DNA from: Microthyrium microscopicum
Taxonomy: Eukaryota
DNA: 64,000 bases
Assembly (NCBI GenBank): GCA_010405405.1
Contig: MU004233.1
Coordinates: 2,706,539 to 2,770,538 of the forward strand
Direction: 5' to 3'
This document shows, one piece after another, positions 50,741 to 64,000 of the stretch. Made by a program: the position numbers and the translations under genes. Every line of letters starts with the position of its first letter. Positions within the stretch are counted from its first letter, which is position 1. The notes beneath the pieces were generated by a model. The model was given only the letters and a program-made list of their open reading frames with translations. It did no database searches and was not told the origin of the DNA.

Positions 50741-53023
50741 ATGTCCAGCGAAGGTTTGTTGTTGCCTTATATACTGGACGCTTGAAAGCTAACTTCTGCC
50801 CACCTGGCAGATTGGCCATTGTGCATGACTTGCCAGTCGATCGTCCTTCCTGACTGGTATGACACTGGCTGGTCGTTTGAGTACAGTTCTGTCAGCGACA
50901 TTTTTGTAGCTGCCAAAAATCGCTGTGCATTCTGCTACTATATTAAGCTCTGGATTGAACGTCTTGATTACAGATTACCTTTGGTCGAGTCCGTGCGATT
51001 GAGGTTGATCAAATATGATGACGGACAGAATACCATAGGGATTGGATGTATGCCATCAAACTTCCCTCCCAAGGTCGACGTCATCTTTCAAGGACTCGAC
51101 TTCTACGTTGAAAGATTAAAAGGTTCTATTGCATGCCCGAAGTGTGCAATATGTGTCGCTAATCACTCAGAACCAGACAGCAAACATACTACTGGCGTAT
51201 TCGCTAGGCGAGACACTATCAAAGATATGCAATCAATGGAAACATTCAATTTAGCCCGAAAATGGTTGAATAAATGTCTAAACAATCATAGTTCGGATTG
51301 TAAGGTAGCAACCGTACCTGAATTGCCTCCCCGAGTACTTGATGTATCTCTTGCGCAAAGAACTGGACAGGTCCAATTGTATATTACCTCTGAGGGTGCT
51401 GTCAAAGCTGCGAATTACTTAGCACTTTCCTACTGTTGGGGCCAGGTGCATTCCATAACTACTACAAAGTCGACCATAGAAGATCGTAGGAAAGGAATAT
51501 CAATGTCTGAGTTGCCAAGGTATCATTTTGATGAGGTCCATGGAAAAGTCATATGCTGATTTGCACTGTGCAGAACCATACGAGACGCTGTCAAAGTTAC
51601 GATTGAGCTTGGCTATCAATATCTATGGGTTGATCGACTTTGCATTCTACAGGGAACAGACTCCGAGTCTCTCGACGATTGGAAGTACCAGTGCGGTTTG
51701 ATGGAGCAGATCTATGGGCAAGCCACTGTTACTATTTCTGCTTCTGCAGTGGAGGACCCAGAAGGTGGACTATTTCTTCCCCGGCGATTTGCCCTGAAAG
51801 TGGTAAGTTAAATCTGCATATCGAGTCATTCACTGATCTCTCGACTCACTTGGTGGTAGCAAAGTAGCTGCTGGCTCTCATTGCAGTCGATGGGCACCTG
51901 ATACTTCACATGAGCGCTAGACTACTTTGTAATGTGAGATTGCACCATCACTTCGGCGTCTCTAGACTTCCTGTTTATATAACATACTAACCAGTTTCAG
52001 GCAATACGAGAGACCGGCGGAGCCTGGAGAGAAGAACCGGTCTTGCTGAGCTGCGCTCGACCGTCCAAGAAGTCCTACGATGAAGAACCCATAAACACTC
52101 GAGCTTGGACGATGCAAGAGTATCTCTTATCACCTAGAGTACTAGTCTACTCTACCCGTACTGTAACGTGGGTTTGTAGTAGCGGGTTCTTCAAGGAGCC
52201 ACTGGAAGGTAACGAAGGCGTTCATTGGAGCCGTGAGTACATCCAAAGACTTTCAGCTATCAACAATGGGTATGACTGGCACACGTTGGTCACGAACTAT
52301 TGTACACGGAACTTGTCACGAAACAACGATAAGCTGACAGCCTTTGCTGGAATCGCACGTCGGTTCCATAAACAAAGAGCCAAAGCTTCTGATCGCTACC
52401 TTGCCGGTATATGGAAAGCGCAAATCGCTCGGGACTTGCTTTGGATCCGTGTCGCCCCTGCACATATCACCACAGGGGCCACATTTTACAATCCTTCCCA
52501 GCATAGCACTAGCATCTGCTCAACGGAGGAATACCGAGCTCCCAGTTGGTCATGGGCGTCCATAGACGGAGGTATCTCATATCCTCCATTTACACAGGCA
52601 GCATCAAGAAGGTCCGCCACGCGAATCCTAAGAGCAGAGACGCATCTAGAAAACCTTGACGAATATGGAAGCGTTACTGGCGGCGAAATCGAAGCACGTG
52701 GGTCACTGCTACCTGGATGGTTGAACTTCGAAGATTCCCAAACGGGACCTTGGGTCATGGTTGATGTCAAATCCGGCTCAGAAGCTGTGACACATAAGAA
52801 AAAGCTAGGATATGCTTTCCTGGATGACAAAGACGGCATTCAGCGAGCTAGTGGAAACATATTTTGCCTGAATCTGGTGATTTCTGGGAAATTTGTTTAT
52901 GGTTTGATTTTGATCTCGGTCCCTGAGAAACCTGGGTATTTCACCAGAGTTGGAGTTGTACGGATACAACGAGCAGAACTTGCATCGAAAGAGGCGCCAG
53001 ACGAAACTATTGTCATATTATAA
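50741..53023 (+). CDS. HET-domain (heterokaryon incompatibility) protein
   Basis: LPPRVLDV, YLALSYCWG, LPRTIRDAV...YLWVDRLCILQ, M.QIY.QA.VTISA, INTRAWTMQE, YLAGIW, APSWSWAS; several introns. Confidence 0.9.
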
Positions 53024-53068
53024 GCTTATGTTATAATCTTGAGTAGTAACTTTGAGCTCAGTGGCTGG

Positions 53069-53305
53069 AATATGCCATATAATCGATGGGCAAAAAGCTT
53101 CCCGTGGCCCCATCAGTTTCAATGGCTCCCGCGACCACTACTAGACAACAAGTGCTATAATGTTCCATTGCACCCGACAAACTGTGCCGGCTGAAAGCTT
53201 TCTATGGTGCTAAGCGCACTCGATACTAGTGTGTATCGTGTAAGTGCCATCGAAGTCGACGGGTCACGCTAGTCATTTTGTCCATCGATTATTCTGGTAC
53301 CATTT
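53069..53305. mobile_element. Degenerate ~235-bp fold-back element related to the 32.6-kb MITE motif family
   Basis: ataatcgatgggcaaaa (53079-95) pairs with ttttgtccatcgattat (53276-92); inner arms carry CCATCAGTTTCAATGG (53110) and CCATCGAAGTCGACGG (53247). Confidence 0.55.
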
Positions 53306-53470
53306 GAGATATGTACCATTTTTCAGATTTGAGGAGCCATATAAGCAAGCTATTGTTCGGAGGCATGGATTCAACCATTTTCTCTCTCTTGAAATATTGC
53401 GAACTCTGCGGCATGATTCAATATCTCGGTTTTCGCCTACGAAGTTCAACCCACCTCCGCTAACATCAAT

Positions 53471-54826
53471 ATGGCCTGCCCCGATCGCTCAACAAGAACA
53501 TTCGATGAGGCGGTAGAGCTCTATCTTCAGGAGCGAAAACTTCTGTTTCCCGAAGCCCAAAACTGGAGTACAATTTCACCGATTTTATTGTCACCTTGGG
53601 GATATTCTTTTCGAACTGCAGCTCCACAGTTTAAAGCTAGGTTAGTACATTGTTATTAGAATGGTTATTGTCATCTCAGCTGCAACAGAATTAAAGGTCC
53701 CTGGAGATTAAAGTGCAATAATTAACAAATGACAGCTTTCGAACGCAGATCGAAGAGCATGTGCGGGTTCCCGCCTATATCTATTCCCCTGAAACGTACG
53801 AATTTATGGGATTTGACCAAGACACAGCCTGGAGGCTGTGGGCGACCATTGGCCCAGGTTTCGAAGAGGAAGATCGATCATATCCTGATTTCATGATCGG
53901 ATTCCTTCTTAGAGCATATATATTATGTGTCAAATTCAAATGGACATGTCCAGAGCCTGATTCCGATGCCATCTGCATGAACGATGACTGGCTTGGCCAT
54001 ATGAAACAGATTGGCATACGTCAGGTAAGTTGAGCTCCGCTGAATTTCCCAGAGTCTAATACAGTCGCTGCAGGAACTACAAGACGCGATCATGCTACCA
54101 GAGTACACTGATATACGCTTGACAGCATCTTGCAATTTCTGGCTAATCGACACCATGAGATTGAGATTTGATGCTCTCTATAAGTTGAACGATCGAGGAC
54201 ATGACCAACTAATTCATTCAAAGTATATCTTCACCAGTAAATGTCTACTGAACAGAAATCCCAGGCCTCAGCCACGTTCAGAATGCTACACCAGGTTATA
54301 CCACGTCAATACCCATGACATCAATTCGACAGCTGACGCGGACAATGACAATGAGCTGACTGGTGTGCCTACGCTTTGGCTACGATGTGGAGATTTCTCT
54401 AGTGGAGCAAATGTGGACTATTATACACCACAAGTTGAGACGGCGGATCGCTATGCTTGCTACGCCAAGGTTAGGTCAAAATATGCAGCCATAACGATTG
54501 CGGAGATATTCGTGCCGAACAAATGGCTCGCACAACTGACGACAAAACAGTTCGAAACGCCAGATACGGAATGGAAGGAAAAAGTCTGGACTTGCCGTAG
54601 GCGAAACATTCTACCTCTATTGGATGGGGTTGTACCGCCAGATGAAGAGGAAGCCTTGATTATTGGACCTATTTCTAAAATCTTCGATTGGCAACCAGAT
54701 GCATTTGGGAGCACGGAAGACATCTTGGACATGCATGCACTCAAGGTTCGTATTAATGGACAAGAAAAGGCGGCTGTCCAATGGGCTTTCTGTGGCCAGA
54801 ACTCTTTAACGAGTCTGAGAGTGTAA
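53471..54826 (+). CDS. Hypothetical fungal protein, multi-exon; ends uncertain
   Basis: In-phase ORFs VPAYIYSPETYEFMGFD and LQDAIMLPEYTDIRLTASCNFWLIDT separated by a GTAAGT intron. Confidence 0.55.
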
Positions 54827-55873
54827 GTAGAGTTTATTTAACCTTGAGTTTGGCAGCTTCGCTCTTCTGAATTGCTGCTCTGTTGAGATCGATAGATACA
54901 GATAGGAGCATTTTGAAGATTATGGCTAGCACTTCAAGTGCTGTGATTATCCCGTGCTAACGGTTTTCTAGGAATTTGAAACGGGATGGGTGGACTACAA
55001 CACATCAAATCGGTGCTTTTTTCAGGTCTCTTCCCTGGGGCCTTAATGTAAAGGTTTTGGTGAGAGAAATTGGCTAACTAAAAGAGGGGCTTATACCTTA
55101 GTTATTTATACATTTTCGCTAGTCACTGATCATTTCCTGGATGTCAAGGCACTTGCATTATGTGCGTAATGTGTCTATGATAGACATTGTAGTCCATAGG
55201 TAGATGGGAGCGCCGCCGAAATCGGTCAGTTTGGAGAGTTGATACTCGAGAGTACACCAGTCTTACTATTCTATCCAATAGTGCATTATTCTCTTGAATA
55301 TATACTTCGAAGTTCATTTTGTGTGTCTCTCGGTTGCTCGAATTGCCGACACCAGTTGAGTAGACTATTCTTGCAACTTCCAAATCCGAAGTTCAGAACA
55401 CTTCAAACAATATCTATAGTGGGATTCAGCTTAAACTATGTAAAAGGTAACGCATTCTACATACCGACAGGCATAATATAGCTATACTTAATCAAGTCCC
55501 TATACTAGGCTGATCAGCGTGGTTGATAGTCAGTTTAGCCACAGCCTTGCCGTCAGCCTCATAGAGGCCATTCTGGCCAATGACAGCCACTCTCCTGCAG
55601 GCCATTTTGACAACATTACCTCAACTTTAACAACGAACACTCAGGCATCCCATCCATACCTTCCACCATTACCCCATTATTCCACCATCGCTACATACCA
55701 TAAAGAACAATATCAATCCATCCATTGTCATCGTGGCCCAGCAACCGCCCGCATTCTCCTGATCCAACTACATCCTCTCCCACCATCGCCAAAACACCCC
55801 CAACCCCACTTCACCATCCACAATCGCACTACCACCGTCCATCGCAAAGGCATATACAATCGCTACAAGAACC

Positions 55874-56887
55874 ATGGGCAAATACGCCGACTCCCCCGAA
55901 TGGGCCGACGTCGTCCCAATCTCCCAACAAGAACACATGCCCGCACCCCTAGCCCAAATCGCATACACAGACGAATACGCCGAAGCAATGTCCTACCTGC
56001 GCGCCACAATGGCCTCCAACGAACTCAGCGAGCGCGTCCTTGCGCTGACGGAAGATATCATACGCTTAAATCCATCACACTACACCGTCTGGTAAACCAC
56101 CACCACCACCCACCCTTCCCCCTACACAATCCTCCCCATCCCCATCATACACTAACAACTAATCCACCATAGGCTCTACCGATTCCGCACCCTCTCCGCC
56201 CTCCCCACCGCCTCCCTAACAACCGAACTAACCACCTTCCTCAACCCACTCTCCCTGCGGCACCTGAAAAACTACCAAATCTGGCACCACCGGCAACTCC
56301 TCGTGTCCGCCATTGGATCCTACGAAGGCGAGGCGGAGTTTCTGGTAGATATGTTCGCCAAAGATGCGAAAAACTACCACGTCTGGAGCTACCGCCAATG
56401 GCTAGTCCGACATTTCAAGCTCTTCCACTCCGCCAGCGAACTCGCGTTCACAGAGCAATTAATCGGGGAAGATGTGAGGAATAATAGCGCGTGGAATCAT
56501 CGATGGCACGTGAATTTCGCTGATGGCGATGGATTGAGCGATTCAGGGCTAGTAGCGAAGGAGCTGGAGTATGCGATGGGAAAGATTGAGTTGGCGGCGC
56601 AGAATGAGAGTGCTTGGAATTATTTACGTGGGTTACTGGCGAAGGGGGCGGGAGTGGAGGAGAGTAAGGTGGTGCAATTTGCGGTGAAATATGCTGGGTT
56701 GGATGGTGGAGAGGTTAAGAGTACACATGCGTTGGATCTGCTGGCGAGTATATATGGTAAAGATCCTGCGAAGAAGGAGAGTGCTGTGCAGGCGCTGGAG
56801 TTGTTGGCGGATAAATATGATCCAATTCGGGCGCCGTATTGGCGGTATCGATTGGCGATGGTAAATTCTGGAGTTGCGGCTAGTTAG
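55874..56887 (+). CDS. RAM2: Protein farnesyltransferase/GGTase-I alpha subunit
   Basis: LAQIAYTDEYAEAMSYLRA, NPSHYTVW, KNYQIWHHR, DAKNYHVWSYRQW, DVRNNSAWNHR, NESAWNYLRG, DPIRAPYW; one intron ~56092-56172. Confidence 0.95.
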
Positions 56888-57158
56888 ACGGGCAGGGATG
56901 TTGATATGAAGTGATGAAAATGAAATCATTCTTTGCATTTAAATTCAGTTCATGGGTCAACAAAAGCTAGAAGCTCGTCGCGGCGGTATCACAGAGGACT
57001 ATTGAAAGGAAAGGCCAATATCTAGATTTCATCATTGATCATTGCATATAGATACATTCTGATTCAACCTGGTAAAAACTCTAGCGAATCACAACATTTC
57101 ATCCAAGACGATAAATATCGCAAAAAAAGATACAAAAAGTCCTCAGATACAGCAAATC

Positions 57159-60100
57159 TTACTTGACAATCTTGCAAATTAAATCTTGTGAATCGACTGA
57201 ATCTCCAACCTTGACAGACAAGCTGCCAACTTTGCCAGAATGTGAAGCAGAAATATTCATTTCCTACCAACCAGATTAGTAAATATTTCTTGATTATGTG
57301 AGAGGAGAGATTTACCATCTTCATTGCGTTCAACACGGCAATTGGATCACCCTTCTTGACTTCTGCGCCATCCTTTACGCGAATCTCGACAACAACACCA
57401 CTCATTGGTGCACCAACTTGAGTAGTATCAGTAGGATCCGCCTTTGGTCGTCGAACGTCCTCGACAGCCGCGTGAATATCCTCAACAGAGACTTGACGGA
57501 CTTCACCGTTGACCTCGTAAAACACTTCACGCTGGCCGGTAGATTCGGATAGTGGGCCGACAGCAAGAAGCTTGAGAATAAGCATCTTTCCTTTCTCAAG
57601 CTCAACGTGGAACTCTTGGTTGATCTCAGGCTTGGCGAGGAAGTAGCGGGTGGGAAGGACAGACAAGTCACCATACTTGGCAGTGAACTTCTTGTAATCG
57701 TCAAAGACCTTGGGGTACATAATGTACGAGGCAAGGTCAGTCTCAGTGCAGCCACCCCATTTCTCCTTGACTTCAGCGCGGAGCTTCTCAAAGTCGATTG
57801 GCTCGAGGTAGAGACCGGGACGCTTGTCCATCTTTCTTCGTCCACGGAGGGCGTGGGTGCGGAGAGGCTCTGGGAACCCACCATATGGCTGGCCCATAAG
57901 ACCTTCAAAGAACTCGAGGACAGATGATGGGAAATCGAGTTGCTCGGCTTTGGCGAGGACTTCATCATGGGATAGACCGTTGGATACCATGAATTGAGCA
58001 AGATCACCAACGACCTTGGAGGTGGGAGTAACCTTGACGATGTCACCAAGCAAGTCGTTGGCCTCCTCGTAGGCCTTCTTTGTTTGAGCCCATTGCTCAC
58101 CAAGGCCTTGTTGCGAGGCTTGGAAGATGAGGTTGGTAAGTTGACCACCTGGAATTTCGTGCTCGTAGACCTCTGGATCTGGACCCATGAGGTTGGCTTC
58201 AAATGGTGAGTACAACAGACGGAGTTGTGCCCAGTAGGCATCGATCTGGCGGAGAGAAGTGTGATCAAGGCCAGTATCTTGTGGTGTTCCGGCCAAGGAA
58301 CCGACAATGGCACCAATGCTTGGCTGAGATGTCATTCCAGACATGGCGTCAGTAGCAGCGTCAACAGCATCAGCACCAGCTTGAGCGCAGGCAATCATGG
58401 AGGCAACACCAGTACCGGCAGAGTCGTGGGTGTGGACGTGGATTGGTAGATCGGGGTACTTTGCTCTCAAAGCACCAATAAGCTTGGTGGCAGCGGATGG
58501 CTTGAGAACACCAGCCATATCCTTAACACCAAGGACGTGAGCGCCCATTGCAACGATCTTGGCAGCGAGTTCCATGTAGTACTCGAAGCTGTACTTCTTC
58601 TTGGGGTTTGTCATGTCACCTGAAATGCAAATGGTACCCTCGGCAATACCACCAGCGGCAAGGACGGCCTTGACACCGACTTCGAGCTGATCAACATCGT
58701 TGAGGGCATCAAAGACTCTAAAGATGTCAACACCGCACTTCTTGGCTTGTACACAGAAATGTTCAATGGCATTATCTGGCAGACTTTATGCTGTTAGTAA
58801 TGAATCCAGTCGCATCAACCCGGTGTGATCACTTACGAAGAATATGCGACACCGTTGGCACCACGGAGAAGCATCTGGAAAGGAATGTTTGGTACCAGCT
58901 TGCGCATCCTCTTCAAGCGATCCCATGGATCTTCATACAAGAAGCGCATGGCGACGTCAAAGGTAGCACCACCCCAGCATTCCAAAGCCCAAGCGTTGCT
59001 CAATGCATGCGAGGTTTCCTTGGCGATGTTGAGCATATCGACCGTTCGAACACGTGTAGCCAAAAGAGATTGATGGGCATCTCTCCAGGTAGTGTCCATG
59101 ATAAGACATCCTGGATATGCTCGAACTGCCTTGGCCCATGCTTCTGGGCCTTGTTCGACGAAGATATTTCTCCATCCTTTGGTAGAGGGGCTGGAGACGT
59201 CGAGCTTTGTACCATCATGAGTGCTGATGGTTGGGAGAATAATTTCGCTCTTGAACTTTGGTTCTCCAAGTTGACCCTTGATCTGACTTCCATTGACAGC
59301 CAAATCTCCAAGGTAGGAAAGGAGTTTTTGAGCACGGTTGGCACTGCCAACCAAATGGAAGAGCTCAGGAGTGTCATCAATGAAGGTTGTCCAGCAGTTG
59401 CCATCGATAAAGGTAGGGTGAGTAAGAAGAGACCCGAGGAAAGGAATGTTGGTCTTTACTCCACGGATACGGAATTCGACGAGTGCACGCAACATCTTCC
59501 GGCGAGCAATCTCATATGTGGAACCATGGCAAGTACACTTGACCAACATACTATCATAATGGGGGGCTATAATCAGTCAGTATGTGTTTAGCGAAATTGC
59601 ACCAGGCATGATGTAGCGCTGTTACTACAGTGCTAGATGCACAAAAGTACTGAAAATATTCTTTTGAGGAATAACTTACTGATGACAGCACCGGAAAAGC
59701 CATTGCCACCATCGAGACGGACACCGTTACCACCCGCAGAACGATACACTTCAATTTTACCAGTATCCGGTGCGAAGCCTTTCGATGGATCTTCGGTTGT
59801 GATACGACACTGAATAGCAAAACCACGGGTGGAAATTCGTTCTTGAGTGAGGCCAAGTTGCTCTAACGAAGCACCAGCGGCGATCTGAATTTGAGCTGCA
59901 ACGATATCAATTCCGGTAATTTCTTCGGTGATAGTGTGCTCGACTTGACTGCAGACAGTTAGCTTGGTCAATGAACATTTAGAGCAACTTACATTCTAGG
60001 GTTGATTTCAATAAAGTAGTAGCGGTTCTGTTGATCAACCAAGAACTCGGCGGTACCAGCATTGCGGTAATCGACAGACTTGGCGAGTTTAACAGCATCA

Positions 60101-61582
60101 GCCAAGATGGCATCGCGTGTCTCAATTGGAAGATCCTTTGCAGGTGCCAATTCCACAACCTTCTGATGACGACGTTGCACGGAGCAATCACGCTCGTACA
60201 AATGAACAACATTTCCATAGTTATCACCTAGCAATTGAACCTCAATATGCTTTGGTTTGTCCAAGAATCGTTCCACAAAGACTGTGCCATTGCCGAAAGC
60301 TGACTTGGCTTCAGAAGTAGCACGGTTGAAGGAGTCTTCTAGTTCTTCTTGTGCTCGGACTACACGCATACCACGTCCACCACCACCGAAAGCGGCCTTG
60401 ATGATGATTGGAAAGCCAAATTCATCAGTGAAGGCTTTGACTTCTTCGAATCTCTCAACTGGGCCGGGAGTACCAGGTACGACTGGAACTTCGCATTTGA
60501 CGGCGAGTTTTCTGGCCGAGACTTTGTCTCCAAGGGCTTCGATGGTTTGGTAGGTAGGACCAACAAACTGGGAGTATTGTCAGAAGCATATCGAAAGAAT
60601 ATGTCATTGAAGCCAGTGGATTGTGCAAATGCACCCACGAGGTCAACTAAGCGGTGTGACAAGGCTGAAGATTAAAAACGCCGGAAAAACAAAATACGCG
60701 GCTAGCAACGGTGTTCCAGATCAAACAACACAACGGTTTTCTGGGGCTCGCCTGACAACCTAAAAAAGACCGCACATGGGAGCTTGTGATTGCTTCTCAA
60801 TGGAAACCAGATTTGTACCAATCATGACCATGCGCGATTTTTCTGGTTGGAAGAAGGCCACATGGTACGATAGCAACGCCATAGAAACGTGAGCAACTTA
60901 CAATCAAACCAGCCTTTTCGACATTTTTGGCAAATTCAGAGTTCTCACTCAGGAAACCATAGCCAGGATGTATGAGGTCGGCACCATGTTCCTTGGCGAT
61001 CTTGATGATCTCGTCACCAGCGAGGTAGGCGCTGATAGTTTGTTAGTTAAGAATGTTCAGAGAAAGTACATTGCTATGCAATCGCTTGTAAACGTGCTGA
61101 AATGCAAATACAAGCATTTCAAGACGTTTAGCTGTGGTGGAACCAAGTATGATCTCACACGGATAACTCACCCAACCGGAGTAAATTGGCCGTGCACACC
61201 AATTTGATAGGCTTCGTCGGCCTTCTGTCGGTGCTGCGACTGACGGTCTTCATAGCTGTAGATGGCAATTGTGTGAAGAGAAAGCTCGTGAGCGGTACGG
61301 AAGATACGAATTGGAATTTCACCACGATTGGCAACTGAAAAAAGTGGTGTGAGCAAGTCGCTTTTGTAGCAGCATTCGGAACCAGATAGCAAGACAGGGA
61401 TTATTCAATCAGACAGATAAACGACACCACAGGTCAATTGGAGCGGAAAGTAGAGAATATAGCATACCAAGCAGCTTCTTGACTTGCATAATCGAGCTAT
61501 TCGCTCTCAAACGCTGGTGGACCGAGTTCTTGTGGACGGTACTGTCCTGGTCGACACCGCTGTGATCTTGAGAGGCATTCAT
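57159..61582 (-). CDS. PYC: Pyruvate carboxylase
   Basis: [60 protein letters not shown], biotinyl AMKM; multiple introns. Confidence 0.98.
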
Positions 61583-63052
61583 GATTGAGGAGAGAGTGGG
61601 GATCGGAGCGCAGGGCCAAACAAGACAATTGTCGACTGGACAGTTCCCAGCAGACTATAAACAGAACCAGAAGACTCTGGAGAGGAGTGGAGATTGTTAG
61701 AACAGAGGATTGTTGAGCAAGAAGAGAAGGAAAGGTCAGCAGAATAGACGGGAGAAAGATAAATAAAGAGCTTGGGGGAGCTTCTGGAGCTTGTTGTCAC
61801 TGGGCAGGCACGACGCAGCAAGCAGGCAGTTGCTGATCCGGCCCAGAGGGGAAGAGCGACACTGCATGCCCCCAAGACAGGGAAGGAGCGCCTAGAGCTG
61901 GAGGCAGGTGAGGGGCACATGTTTTTCCCCAGTTCCTTGCTCACCAAACTCCGCCAAACGCCAGGCGGGAGCCAGGGCAAAAAGCCTCTATTTTTTGCTG
62001 CAGAAAATGACTGACCTCACTCTGCCTACGAAGCATATTCACCCCACACCCATTGACCAAATATATTCTCTCATTCCCTCTCCCCTGCGACGCTCCGATA
62101 AGCCTCAGCATCGCACACATCTGAAATTCCTATCCTCTAACTGGTCAATCCTATCCGTCTACATCTTCAAGAACCACCACCATTGCCCCTCCAAAGCAAC
62201 AACTCGATTGATGAGTGTAAAACCAATTTAGACCCAAATTACCGAGCTTCGGATGGCATCAGGCTAAATTTCTTGACCGCCTACACAAAGTGCTATCCAT
62301 CTCGCCGGAATACTCCTCGTTCAGCTCCAGCCACGAAGTGAAATCGGAGATTCGGAGACGACGCTTTTTAACATCATGGGCATATGAGCCTCCTACCTCG
62401 GAAGCGGATACATTGAACCACCCAAGCTTAGAGTTCCGTGCTTTTCCTACCGGCCTCTTTTCCAGAGCAATCTAACTGTATGTATCCCTACTTGAGTTCG
62501 TGCTGAATCGGAGCTATTCGGGTGAACATTACAACTTCATCTACAAACAACCTCCTCGCAGAAGTTGAACCTTTTCAGCGCTGGGGTTGTTCAATGTTGT
62601 TGAAAACCTCGCATCTGTTTCCCCACGAACCGTATGGCCGGCGGGTATGGGGTCCACTAACCGATCGTTCTTGGCCCACAGCGTGGCGTGCTTGCGTACC
62701 AGATCTTGGTCCCGATCTCAAACATGTGCATTTTTTTCTCTTCAGATTTCGTGCGACCTGCGTGAGCAAGCAGAAAAACACACTGCCTCCAAACAAGACA
62801 TGAAATTATTCTCCAGCCTGGACTCGTATCAACTGAGAGTAATGCCCTGATATCAAAGAGCTCCAGCCTTGTTCCCCCACGAATCTGAAACTTTCTTGCA
62901 TCCAAGGTTTATCCTGGATCCGAGCTGGCATAAGTTCTGGAGCTATCAAACGCCGACTACGCAATTGAAGCTGCACGTATGCGGTATTTCTAACATCGAT
63001 ATAGTCTTATTTTTTTACTGTATGGCACGAGCGACATCTGCGCGGTCTATTA

Positions 63053-64000
63053 TCACACTCCATCATCCTCTTGAATTTGTTCCTGAGGTAAATCGATCAC
63101 AACTAGATGGTCTTGCGTATCATCCGATTTTCCCGACGGCTGAGTCGCGACTTGCCCCACACCTTTCTGCTCTACGTAGAGCTTGCTTAAATTTCTAGTC
63201 ATTAATGCGTTGAACTGAAAGTTCAAGAAAACAAAAAGACCAAAACATAGGACGATAACCGAAGACTTCGAGTTCAGTCAGTAAATTCAAAGAGCATTTA
63301 CACTCACAGTGCTTAAAAAAGTGTTCACATACAGTACTATCAACGGACCAATTTTCGTGCTTGATCAATGGTGTTGCAATGTGCAATGTGAACGCCATCA
63401 AGAATAACACCCAAGACCAGCTCATCAGCATGAGTGGATTTTGCCAGAAATATATCCTAAGAGCACTCTCTTTGAAATTGTTGTTACGAAGCTTCTTCGA
63501 AGTCGAAGTTTGTCTCGTGTCAGATCTCGCTCCACGTTTTGATGTATGTCGATCAGAAACTTCTTGAAGAACCATTCTCAGTGCTCGAGTGACTTCTTCA
63601 TCTGAGCAAGATACCTTACTCGGTAGATAGTGAAATGCTCGAGATTGCGCAGAGGAGACAAGCGCAGCTATGGAGGCCAAGAGACTGCACTGCCATAACA
63701 TATTGGCGACCCAATAAGTTTCCTGAAGACTTGTCCACGAGAATACCTGCACGGTACATGCGGCTGAAAGCCCACTCTGCATCACATTAGGAACGGTAGA
63801 CTTCTGAATAGAACTGGTGAACGTTACAGCGAGGCTGACGAACTTGAATTCAGAATCTTTGCGTTTTCGGAATTCTATTAGTTTCTCTCGAAGTGCCTTG
63901 CCGTCACGCTGGCATTGAATGATCTCCGCGATAGGATCTAAAGTAGAGAAATGGATGTGGTCATAGTAGCTCCAGATTGCAAGGCGGAGACAGCATTGGC
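63053..64000 (-). CDS. Hypothetical membrane protein, 3' part (5' end outside window)
   Basis: ORF with hydrophobic helices (VQVFSW...LWQCSLL, WQNPLMLMSWSW); final exon via a GTATGT intron ends at TGA 63053. Confidence 0.6.

Overview
Gene-dense 64-kb window from a filamentous ascomycete (Pezizomycotina), judged from short GT-AG introns with CTRAC-like branch sites and a RIP signature. It has about 22 protein-coding genes. Housekeeping genes: SERCA Ca-ATPase, cytochrome c1, RPS28, prenyltransferase alpha subunit, pyruvate carboxylase and a TSTD2/TrhO-like rhodanese. Accessory genes: NACHT-type NLR, HET-domain protein, 2EXR protein, FHA kinase, CBM18 Ser-rich secreted protein and several transcription factors. 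Mobile DNA: a ~3.1-kb RIP-destroyed PIF/Harbinger relic (DDE_Tnp_4 motifs readable after reversing RIP, plus a convergent Myb/SANT-like ORF), an intact 147-bp Tc1/mariner-type MITE, and two ~210-240-bp fold-back elements. The most striking observation is an intact, divergent VelB-like velvet gene (40054-41837, minus). Its two long introns and 3' flank carry six arrays of a 16-bp palindrome, CCATCR-N4-YGATGG, mostly at a 19-bp period. The same motif sits in the arms of the fold-back elements at 32.6 kb and 53.1 kb. All calls come from reading the sequence by eye; no searches were run.
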